DNA of 63,970 bases, counting the filler, from Bipalium vagum (taxonomy: Eukaryota), in NCBI GenBank assembly GCA_037834085.1. It is 3 parts of 3 records of this genome, joined end to end, with 100 filler letters (N's around TTAATTAATTAA, not from the genome) between each part and the next. Parts side by side here need not be neighbours in the genome. Positions count along the whole stretch, not along the records: positions 1 to 23,346 come from JBBMKC010209597.1; 2 more parts are not named here. One strand, written 5' to 3'. The notes under the pieces are model-generated. The model saw only the letters and a program-made list of their open reading frames with translations, had not been told where the DNA came from and searched no databases. Below are positions 1 to 10,980 of this stretch, piece by piece. Both the position numbers and the translations under genes were made by a program. Position 1 is the stretch's first letter. Each line of letters starts with the position of its first letter.

Positions 1-613
1 TAAATTACATTCCTCTGAATCGGATGAAAAAATTTCAGTATTGTCTTGGTTATCAACTCCTGCATGTTTGAAACAATGAATTATAATCGAATTCTGTATA
101 TTAATCCACGGCGAAGAAATCCATGCTACCGCATGTTTAACAATTATTGTTTGCAAATGTTTCAATACGTTTTCATTTATCTCACTTATTGTCAGCAGGT
201 AATTCAATAAAAGTTGACGATACAGAAGCTTGAATATTCTAATTATTCCAGAATCGAGTGGCTGTATTGCAGCAGTTGTATTAGGAGGTATGAATCAGGT
301 ACTATGAAATCAGAATATTCATAATCGAATCAGGCAATCTACTTTATGCCTTAAATAATAATAATTATTAAGTACAAAATATCTAATAATTCATTAAATT
401 TCTGTTAACAAATTTATTATTGTCAAATATTCAGTTAAAAAGCATTTACAATTTAAGTATTAAGATAAAAAATAATTTATAAATTGAAAATTGTTTATAA
501 ACCAGATCATCTTTATACCAAAATAATTGTAAAATCAACTAAGTAAATTTATTGTTTCTTAAATAAATTAATATTCAGTTGTTTAAATTTGCATCACATT
601 CAAATTAAATAAA

Positions 614-2422
614 ATGGAAACCCCAGTTCGAAAGAAGGTTTGCTATTACTACGACGGTAAGTTCCGAACAACGTAATTTAACTTCGAAAATTCACACATG
701 TTTTCCTATGCAGGTGACATCGGGAACTACTACTATGGACAAGGACATCCAATGAAGCCACATCGAATTCGCATGACTCACAACTTATTATTGAATTACG
801 GCCTTTATCGGAAAATGGAAGTCTACAAACCGTCCAAAGCCACAGCCGAAGATATGACTATGTTCCACACTGATGAATACATAAAATTTCTACAAAGTAT
901 CCATCCCGACAACATGCATGAATATAACAAAGAAGTAAGGAATCGAAAAGATTTTTCCTTTGGTTTTTTTCATAACTACCAGTACATCAACGATATCTAT
1001 GTCGATGTGATGTTAGTGCAGTTATTAAATTATTATCCTTTTTTGATGGAATGAAAAATATTTATATTATGATAAGTGACCGTTTATCTCTACTTACATT
1101 GGTAATCAATCTCTCCTACAGATGCAGCGATTTAATGTTGGTGAAGACTGCCCAGTGTTTGACGGCCTGTTTGAGTTCTGTCAGTTGTCTGCCGGTGGTT
1201 CAGTTGCATCTGCCGTTAAGTTGAACAAGAACAAGGCTGACATCGCAATCAATTGGTCGGGGGGCCTGCATCATGCCAAGAAATCTGAGGCGTCGGGGTT
1301 CTGCTACGTTAACGACATCGTCATGGGTATTTTGGAGCTATTAAAGTACCACGAGCGAGTTCTCTATATCGATATTGACATTCACCATGGTGATGGTGTC
1401 GAGGAAGCGTTCTACACTACCGATCGAGTCATGACCGTCAGCTTTCACAAGTATGGCGAATATTTTCCTGGCACGGGTGACATCAAAGATATCGGGGCAG
1501 GGAAGGGCAAAAACTATGCCGTCAACTTTCCTCTTCGTGACGGTATCGATGACGAAAGCTACGAATCAATTTTTAAACCCGTTGTTGAAAAAGTCATTGA
1601 AGCATTCAAGCCAAACGCCATCGTGCTGCAATGCGGAGCCGATTCTCTGTCAGGAGACCGTCTAGGATGCTTCAACTTGAGCTTGAAAGGTCACGGCAAG
1701 TGCGTCGAGTACATTCGCCAACAGCCGATACCGTTGCTAATGCTAGGCGGCGGCGGTTACACAATCCGCAACGTCGCGCGGTGCTGGACCTACGAGACAG
1801 CACTGGCACTCGGTACTACCATCTCCAACGAGCTGCCATACAACGACTACTACGAGTACTTTACGCCCGATTTCAAGCTCCACATCAGCCCCAGCAACAT
1901 GGCCAATCAGAACACCCCTGAATATCTGGAGCGCATGAAACAGAAGCTGTTTGAGAATCTGCGTAGCATTCCGCACGCGCCAAGTGTCCAGATGCAGGAC
2001 ATTCCTGAGGATTCAATGGACATCGACGACGGCGATCAAGTCGACAACGCAGATCCAGACAAACGAATATCAATTTTGGCCAGTGACAAATACCGCGAGC
2101 ACGAGGCCGAGCTGAGTGACAGCGAGGATGAGGGAGACAATCGAAAGAATATCGATTGTTACAAATCGAAACGACCGCGAATGGATGGCCCAGCTAATAT
2201 GGTAGAGTTTATTGATTAATTAACATTATTCATGATTTATTAATTTTTTTTCTTATTGACTAAACTTATCGATTGTCTATTGATCTGAATTTAAAATTTT
2301 AAAGTTCGTTGATCAATTTTTGATTGAATTTCTAAATAATGATTTTAAAATTTATCCATTTTTATTTTTAGACAGCGGACGGACAAGATAAAACCAATAC
2401 CGATTTATCATCGATAAATTGA
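614..2422 (+). CDS. HDAC1: Class I histone deacetylase (HDAC1/2, Rpd3 orthologue), complete, 4 exons, ~464 aa
   Basis: join(614..656,714..934,1122..2201,2372..2422); all introns GT-AG and phase-consistent. The translation begins [35 protein letters not shown]. It contains [16 protein letters not shown], the metal-binding [16 protein letters not shown] and the catalytic GGGGY. The tail has an [11 protein letters not shown]2-type motif. Confidence 0.97.
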
Positions 2423-2470
2423 GCTTTTAATGTGTAAATATTAAAAAAGGGGACTATTTTCTGTATTTTC

Positions 2471-2476
2471 AATAAA
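2471..2476 (+). promoter_or_regulatory. Probable polyadenylation signal of HDAC1
   Basis: AATAAA about 50 nt after the TGA at 2420-2422, followed by T/GT-rich sequence. Confidence 0.5.
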
Positions 2477-3053
2477 TTTCGTTTAGTCCTTTGTTTTTCA
2501 TATTTTCTATGTTAATTAATAATTTTTTATATCAATGTTTTGACTATTTTATACATTTTTAAGTGCTTATGTGTGACTTGTTTTAAATGGCCGATATTTT
2601 CGATAAAAAATAATCATCTTTTCATAGATCTGAGTATATATTTTGTGACTGCAGATTTGACAAAATTTTCTTAATTATTTAAAATTTTGGGTTATCATTA
2701 AACATGATTTGCACATTTTTCCAGGTTAATTGTGTTAGGAGTTTAGGAAAAGGTGTCGATTTAGGTCTGATGGTTAATTATGTTAAGACCTTTAATTCCA
2801 AAATTGATATAATTTTTAAAATGGTTAATATTATTGATTAATTTTAAAACTTGTATTTCCTATTGGATTTTAATCTGTTGAGTGAAATAACATTTCAGAT
2901 TTTTCATGTGTACATATGAAATGACCAATAATTTCGTATAGTAATTTTTGTTTTATGTTAAAAAATAGACTTATTAATGATAATAATTTTGCTACGGATA
3001 TTTTTGTATCATACTGGTTTTTCAATAAATATTTTTGCTTATTACTCGCCGTC

Positions 3054-3818
3054 TGTTATGGAACAGATATTTAGGGAACGAACACAACATTGTATAAAAG
3101 TGTTAAAGTATAGTAGTAACGTGTGCTCGTAACTCACTTTTATACAATGTTTTGTTCGTTCCCTCTCAAACCTTATCTAAATCGAAACACCCCCAATAAT
3201 ACTGTATCCACACCCTATGAACTGAATCAAAACGTCTTCGATAAAACTATTGATAAGACACAATCCCAATATATTGATCATCACGAGAAGTTTCCAATAA
3301 GTCAGACAACATAAAATAAATAAAAATAAACACTAATATTAAAATTAAAGTGATGAGAGCGAGAGAGAATCACAAACAGAAGTTCTTGGAAAGTAAATCG
3401 AAGATCAACAAAATAATAAACGGTTTCATCAAGAGCGACAAGGGATCCCCGGGTCGCCATCTAGGCCCTTCTCAGGTCGCCTAAGGATTCCCTTCTGCGT
3501 TGTCATATCCACGGAAAAGAATACAAAATCTGTTTGAGTCGTTCTGAAGTCGTAGTTCCCCTGGATGAATGATTCCCGGAATTAGCATCCTCCGGTAGTT
3601 TTCCTGATTTATCGTTCTCCACGCCGAGACAAAAGAATTTAGTAACTCCAACGACGGAGTACTATTTCTATTCCAAAACTCGACGCCGAGGTTAATTGCT
3701 ATAATAATAACGACGCTCATTATTATTGTTGTTACCTTATTATAATTATTATCGTTACTGTTACTGCCTTCCAAATTAAAACTGGAATTATATTACCACT
3801 GTTATTATTATTATTACA
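3054..3818. mobile_element. Putative LTR-like unit (boundaries uncertain)
   Basis: TGTTA...TTACA-type ends and AT-rich flanks around a GC-richer core (3430-3700); no target-site duplication recognised. Confidence 0.35.
3073..3164. repeat. Inverted repeat: 30-bp arms with 1 mismatch, 32-bp spacer
   Basis: agggaacgaacacaacattgtataaaagtg (3073-3102) versus cacttttatacaatgttttgttcgttccct (3135-3164). Confidence 0.9.
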
Positions 3819-4493
3819 ACTCAACAAATATGATAAACAGCACCAAGGTTCATTATGTCTGATAGTTTTGGATGATTTAAATATGGTTGTTGGCGTGTTT
3901 TAGAGGTTTCCATACGAAACGCAATTTGCTGAGTGTTTTTGATATTTTTGTTTGAAGATTCTTACCATTTGTAAAATTTCCTTCATCAATGATGTCATTT
4001 TTTGGGTGTTTGATTAGTATTATCCATAGTGTTCTGTTACTGAGTGGAACTTTATTATTCAATTAAAACGAACACACACAGTGCGAGGGTAGTGGCGTTA
4101 GGGACTTTAGGATGAGAGCAAGGCAGTGATAATTTTCACTGGAATCTGGGTCTAACAGTTTTGTTTTTCCATGCAGTTTTAAATCTTTGGTGTCATTTAA
4201 ATTTTGAAATTGAGAAATTTTTCCAAATTGCCGTTCGCTACGGTAATTGGGTCTAATAGTGCTTAACATTTCTATTACATTCTCTTACATAAATCGAAAA
4301 GTATTAAAACAATTTGAGTTTGTATTTTGGGTTTCGCAATTGAGTACTTTTTTGAAAAATGAGCTCCTGTTAAATATTTCTCAAATGTTTCACTTACGGA
4401 CATGTTTTTTTTGCCTATAACAGAAAAGTAATAAAAGGTACATCTATGGATTGAAGATTAGAAGAAAATTGTTACTTTTTACTAGAGAATTTG

Positions 4494-5361
4494 TGTAACA
4501 CTTGGGTTGGGATTTCAGTGATTTCTTCACTTTACTTATTAATGTTCGAATATAATTTAATCAAAATAATCACAGTAAAACGTTATTCACTCAATACAAT
4601 GATACACAACCAAATTCAATGGATGATTCGAGTTTTTTTAAATACTATACGTCCAAAGGTTCTAAGCCAAGAGAATCACTAGGGAGTCAAACGATCAAAA
4701 TAACTCAAATAAGACAACAAACAATAATCAATAAAAGCAATTAATTAATGAATCAATCAAATGATTAATTGTCAATCACAAATAGTTCAAAATGACTTAA
4801 TATTTATCAAAATAGAGAAATAAAACAATTAACAGTTCACCGCTTGTTAGCGATGGGTCCTTGGGTAGTCAGATGAGCCCAATCCATTCGCTCAAATAAA
4901 CGGCCGAATCGCACAGGAGACGTTGACAATTTAATAATTGATTGGGGCATTATTAATCGGTATCTTAATAGTTCATCAAAAAATGTTCATGAAACTGATA
5001 ATTTGGTGATCGATATCATTATTATCTGACGACTTGATAATTGATAACATTGTTATTTTATAGTGATAGTTTTTGAAAGTGGTGGGTTGAATATACTGCA
5101 ATTTGCAAATGTTAGAAATGACACTAATAGATCAAAATGACAAGGTTAATTAATTAAAGAAGATTTTAATCTCACTAAGGGTATAGATGCCTTGAAGCAA
5201 AATATCGAATCGGATGACTAGTTTACCAGACCGTAGATGTCACGAAATTAACACAAAAAGGAGAGCATAGAAGATATTAAATAAAAGCAGAAACGGGAAA
5301 TCATATTGACGTTCTGTGTAATTAATTTAATTATAATAGTGAATGTGATAATTCACTTACA
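4494..5361. mobile_element. Putative solo LTR (868 bp)
   Basis: Begins TGTAA and ends TTACA (inverted termini). Flanked by atttg and attgg, a 4/5 match consistent with a decayed 5-bp TSD. No coding capacity. Confidence 0.55.
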
Positions 5362-6099
5362 ATTGGTTTTTCTTGAATAAAACTGAGTTATAATAAACTA
5401 TTGAAAATCTTCTTTTCATAAAATTTTGTATTAGTATTTTTCCTATAAATCCAATTTTGCCTTTTACCTTTCTTAAATATCGTTCTTAACTTTACTTTAG
5501 TTGTAATAAACTTAAATTTTGCCATGTGTGAAATTATGATTTTTGCTAGTGTATTTATACTGTTTTTCTTTCTGATTTTGCACGTTGATGTTATACTGGT
5601 GTTGTCAATTATTCTAGTATGTCGTCATCGATGTTCAATTATTATTTAATCTTTATAATGACGTAATTATCAATTTATTATTATGAGTTTTTCTATGTTA
5701 TCAATGTTTTCATTTTTGTTGAGATCATTTATTTATTATTTTATTTCATACATTATTATTTTATTATTAATAATCATATATTATTATATTTCTTTATTTT
5801 TTAAAAAAGTTATCCTTATTATTATTATTATTTTAAAAAATAATAATGTATAAAATGGAACTGTTTTACTTAAATAAAAATGTTTTCAAAAATAAATTAC
5901 AAAAATATGATGCTTTTCATTTTGACACATGGATAAAAGGATTGGTAATGATTAATTTTTCTTCCTTTTCGTTTCTGACTGTTTCTACTCTCACAGTGAT
6001 ATAAATACACTATTGATTTACTGATCTTTGTTGCACCAACTATTAGTTTATAGATTCGGGTTTAATTTAAATTATAAAATAATTAATATTATTTTATTA

Positions 6100-6780
6100 T
6101 TCAGAGCCTAGCGCGGTTATAACCAATTTAAAGATTTGTCCTAGTGTAACTACTAGAGAAGCTAACATTACCCTTTTATTTTCCTTGGGTAACTGATCCT
6201 GGTTTTTCTTATCGTACTGTTCTTTCATTAATTCCTGGTTATACTCAATTGACAGAGCCAGCTCTTCTCCATGCCTCTTATAATTTTTTTCTCAAATGGA
6301 TAAAGTCTTTCATCTGCATATTGAAAAATTTGATTTTGAAATATTAAGTTTACTGACATGTTTGACTTTCCTAAATACATCAATTAAAATGGATGTATCC
6401 TGTTCCTTGGTGAACTGTATTTAAATACCCAATTAGACAGGATGATGTGTACATCCCAATCTTGTTGGCTTGCATTTATACGTGAGGTATAATTCAATGG
6501 GCTCACCAACCCATTTCTCTGTGGGTGATATGGGGACACGTTTGATTTCAGAATATATAAGTATTCACTTAAACTTTGCATTAATTCACTAAGAAATTCA
6601 GTTCCTATATCTATAAGAATCTTTTTAAGGACTCCATCTCCAAATACGATTTCCTCTGCAAAGATTTTCGATACTGTTAGAGCTTTAAAATTATGGATCG
6701 CAAAAACATCTAGTCATGTACTGAAATGATCGATTATTACTAATGCATACATGTTTCCATACTTTTTTAGCTGTTGAATT
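6100..6780 (-). mobile_element. Ty3/Gypsy integrase remnant (frameshifted)
   Basis: Minus-strand pieces read YALVIIDHFST, KKILIDIGTEF, SPYHPQRNGLV, QQDWDVH and QELMKEQYDKK. These match the rve integrase core and the downstream region of LTR retrotransposons. Confidence 0.8.
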
Positions 6781-6790
6781 GTTTGATTAT

Positions 6791-7755
6791 TGTTCACATA
6801 AATCTTGGGTTTACCCAAAACACCCACCCATCCCAAATGTAAATTGTGAAATTGTGCCCAAAATAATAATAATAATCATAATAATAATACTAAGAATAAT
6901 AATTAAATAATACTTCTAGCTAATTAAAAAGTACAAAGTTAATTAAAAAAAAGGGCAATAAATTATTTTTTTTGGATCTAATCTTGACAATGGCGAACCC
7001 AAATTGCAAGATTAGATCAAGGTCCGCAGGAGGGACCGATTTAAAATTAATGATCCAAAAGGAAAATTGGCATTTCCATTAATAAATTTGGTCTACGAAT
7101 GATAAGTCGTCGACCAGAATACTATAAAAAGAGAAGGATTCCTCCCTAAATTCACCCTCAACTAGACCAGAGAGCAAAAGAAGTTATTTTGATTTAGGAG
7201 AATTTAAACGTTGAAGACTATCGTTATTGGAGCGTATCATTGTGAAAAGAAGACTTTGTTATTCGAAGAAGCAGATTTGAAATCCGTGCGTTGATAAAAG
7301 GATATTTTTACTGGGTTCGAGTTTGAGCTCCCAACCAGAGAGGTATTTCTAAGCAACTGTAAAGGCTCAGCTAATAGTCCGGGAAGCTTGAACGAAGATA
7401 ATCCGTAAGATTATTTTTGTCTTGTTATCCTTTAATTATTATTGTTTCTTATTTAATATTATTATTAATATTAATATTATTAACTGTCGCTATTTTATTT
7501 TAAATGATCATTTTGATTAATTATTTGATTTTTAATTGACATTCGACTTGATTAATTGACTATCGTTTAAGACATTTGAAAAAGTTTAGACAACGTTGTG
7601 ATCCTTTTATTAATTTGACTATTTCAATGTTATCACTGTGATTTCGTGTGAGTTTTGTGGTATAAATACAAGTTATTGCTTTACTGATTGTTGTTATTTT
7701 TGCACCACCTAAGAGTTGGAGTCAGGTTTAACTTTGATACAATAATTAGTGAACA
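6791..7755. mobile_element. Putative solo LTR (965 bp)
   Basis: Perfect 7-bp inverted termini TGTTCAC...GTGAACA; flanks ttat and ttaa. Its right end (7660-7735) resembles 6000-6068 (tataaatac..tattg.tttactgat..tgcacca..ggtttaa). Confidence 0.6.
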
Positions 7756-7774
7756 TTAACCTTCTCTTTCCGGT

Positions 7775-8790
7775 AGCATCTTAAAAAATAAGCCGGATCA
7801 GTCAAATCTGGTGACCGTGGTAACCATGAAAATTTACATTTCTGAAATCATTACAAATCTTTCACCAAAGACTTCCTGCAAGAGATTCATTGTGTGCAGT
7901 GCACCATCTTGTTGAAACCAAATTTCTTCGTAGTCTTCAACTACCAGACGTAGAAATTTTTCAATCATTGTTCTGTAGGCGGCACCAGTAATTCTTTCAG
8001 GACGCTCCTCATCATCTTCGAAAAAATAAGGTCCAATAATTCTGTCGGGTATGACCCCACACCAAAGGGTGGATTTTCGAGAATGCTGGTTAAAGTTCAT
8101 AAGATTAACTGAGCGCCAAAACCTCATATTCTGTTTATTGACAACTCCATTCAGATAAAATGGATTTCAACGTTCATTATCAGATTGTTCAAAAAGGTGG
8201 CATTATCTCTTGTTAACTTCTAAAAAAAATAACATCATTCAAACGGATAGCATTGTCTGATGGGAAAAGAGCTGGTTGAATTTTATAAGGGAACATTTTA
8301 AAGTCATTTTTCAAAATTGTTTGAAATGTAGTTCTGCCAATACAAACCGACGACGTGTAGAAGTTATTGGACCTATTGCACAGATTCTACCATCAATTTA
8401 GTACACATATTTTCCCCTGGACCCTTCTTGGTAAGATCTGCAACAGACCCAGTTTCTTTAAATCGTATAATTAACTTTAAAATCATGTTGTCATTGGGAG
8501 CTTCTTTAACATTGAAGTGTCTTCGGTAGTTTCTCTTCGTTTGAATGAATGATTTTCTACTTGAGTAGAAAAATTCAACAATTTTCACTTTATTATTATT
8601 GTTGCATTTGAACATTTGAACTGCAAATACTGAAATATTGAATAACTTTAACAAACAACTATGACAACAACTTTGTATTATAAACTCCAATAAATCTATA
8701 TTCATAAAAATTCGAATAAAATTTAATATCAAAACTTTTGTAAGTTATTTTAGATTAAAATCCTTCAGTCTTCCAGCGCCCACCCTGTGT
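7775..8790 (-). mobile_element. Tc1/mariner (maT/DD37D-like) transposon, decayed, 3'-truncated
   Basis: HTH region (ILKLIIRFKETGSVADL), then LWCGV..IIGPYFFE, WFQQDGA and WLPRSPDLT. A 5' TIR-like CAGGGTGGGCGC lies on the minus strand at ~8787. Confidence 0.85.
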
Positions 8791-9008
8791 ATATAAAATT
8801 TTATGTATTCCTTTATCTTGTAATACACTTATTGTTTATAATTAAAATAAACATCCTCAAATAAAAATCATTTCATAAGCTCCCAAACTTTTATTGCTCC
8901 CTGTATATTGATATCTGTAGATACTAGAGCTATTTGGGCTGAGTAGAGCGTTATGATTTGTTAACACTCAAATGTTTTCCTCAACCATACATTCTAATTT
9001 TTACTATA

Positions 9009-10302
9009 CAGGGTGTCCCATAAGTCTCCGTGGAAAGAAAACTTAAATATCTTTCATTAAATTGAATCGGTTGGAGTTTCTATTTATATAATATTAAAGT
9101 ACATAAGTCTAAGTTTTGTTTAAATATTTTAAAATTATATTTAGCAAATGCCGCTTGATATGAAGTTAAGAATCAAAATTGTACTTTTAATGACCAAATT
9201 TAACTCAATTTGTGTTGTTAAACGGAAATTATATGCCGAATTTGGGAAAACCTCACCAAGTGAAAGTGCTATAAGAGAGACTTTTCATCGTTTTTGTGAG
9301 ATTGGGTCGGTGAAAGATCGTAAACGTGTGGAAGACCAAGGATGATCACTGAAAATGAGTGAAGATATTGAAAGTGACCCATGATGCAGTGTTCGATCTG
9401 TTGCAACCACCTGATCCATTTCGCTAGAAATAACCCATCGAATTATGAGAGAACAGTTATCATTGGAACCCTTTAAGGTCTATTTCACGCAGGAATTATA
9501 TGAAGAGGATTTGCAAGACAGAGTTGAGATGTGCAAAACCCTGGTCCTAATGTTAGAAAATGTGGATATTCAGGAAAATATTTTCTTTTCAGTTGAAATA
9601 ACGTTTTAGCTAAAAGAATTAGTAAATAAACATAACGTCAGATATTGGTCAGAAAGTAATACACATGTTACTTTTGAAACTGCTAGAAAATCCTAGAAGG
9701 TAAGTGTTTGGTGTGCTTTGTCAAAAAATAAAATTATTGGTTCGTATTTCTTTGAAGATGAGACTGTTAATGGCCAAAATTATCTATCAATGCTTCAAGA
9801 CTATTTTATGCTTGAATTGAGAAAAATGTACAAAGTACGGTCTCTGGTATTTCAGCAAGATGGAGCTCCTGCGCATTTTCAACAAATGTACGACGGTATC
9901 TTGACGCTCATTTTCCGAACAGTTGGATTGGAAGAGGTGGTTTAAATCGATGGTCTCCACGTTCACCAGATTAAACTCCTCTTGATTTCTATGGAACCAT
10001 TTAAAGAATAAGATATACAAATCTGAAATCAAAAATATTGACGATTTGAAAACAAAAATCACCGAAGAATTGAAAAGTGTTACCACAGAAACTTTGAATA
10101 GCGTATTTTTAAATATTGTAAAAGGGATGAATTTATGTATATCAGTTAATGGTGGTCATTTCGAACAATGGTTGTAAATATTTTTATATGAAATAAAAAT
10201 TAAAAGATTTGGCTTTAATTTCATAAAGCAAGCGATTTAATATCTCAATCTGCTTAAGAAATATTTAAGTTTACTTTCCGCGGGGACTTACGGGACACCG
10301 TG
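9009..10302 (+). mobile_element. Full-length Tc1/mariner (maT/DD37D-like) element with TIRs; transposase pseudogene
   Basis: The 42-bp TIR cagggtgtcccataagtctccgtggaaagaaaacttaaatat follows a TA and has an inverted copy at 10261-10302 with about 5 mismatches. The transposase from 9148 has stops and frameshifts but retains FHRFCEIGSVKD, VWCALSKNKIIGSYFFE, FQQDGAPAH and WSPRSPD. Confidence 0.92.
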
Positions 10303-10309
10303 GATGTTG

Positions 10310-10980
10310 CATTAAAGTTCAATATTCACATATTTTTTCTCATACGGTTTCAAATAGCGATTTGCTTAGGATATTGCATGCTTTTTTCATCGTTTTGTCC
10401 CAATACTGTCCCAATGGCTTTTCCACTGCTATCAGTCATTAGATTGAAAATCTTACTTAATTCGGAATATCTCAACACCATTAATTTGTCTTTTAACTTG
10501 TGAAATGACTGTTCTTCTATTGCTTCCATTTAAATAGTGATTCCTTCCTCAATAATGTGCTCAACGCAGCGGTTATGTGAGAGAAAGATTCTACAAACTT
10601 TATAAATAGTTAATAATTTTGCGATTCAGTCCCAATATTTTTTTAAGCAAGCGCGTGATATAGATTTTTTAGCCATTAATTTTTCATGTCTTTGATTTAT
10701 TAAACTAAACTTGACAATCTTTTTACTAAATTTTACATTGATTCCAGAGTCCTAAAAGTTGGTAAAATCATTATTATCTTTCTTGCTACTATGGGTACTT
10801 ATATTCTGTAATAGCCGATATTAAATTGGCAAGTTCAATGTACCCATTTGAACACATCTTAAAAACCTCGAAGATGTTATTTATTTCTCTATAACACAAC
10901 ATAAAAGGTTTCTTATAGTCTTCATATACTACAATACATACATTTCTTCTTATTATTTAAAGCAACCTAAACAAATCTTT
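10310..10980 (-). mobile_element. Possible decayed DNA-transposon (hAT-like) coding remnant
   Basis: Coding-like composition; the minus strand contains HNRCVEHII, resembling the hAT CxxH motif. Heavily degraded. Confidence 0.3.

Noticed and set aside
698-1054. 118-aa ORF as a separate small HDAC protein
   Set aside because: It is HDAC1 exon 2 read into the flanking introns; splice sites at 713/714 and 934/935 explain it.
1453-2073. Overlapping alternative-frame and antisense ORFs in HDAC1
   Set aside because: Shadow ORFs expected from GC-richer coding sequence; no recognisable motifs.
6167-6190. Polypurine tract plus TGTTAG as the start of a 3' LTR on the minus strand
   Set aside because: The stretch translates as the continuing integrase C-terminal region (KENKRVML...KL), so it is better explained as coding remnant.
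7313-7345. GGTTCGAG B-box-like motif suggesting a tRNA or SINE
   Set aside because: No A box and no cloverleaf; it lies inside the LTR-like unit.
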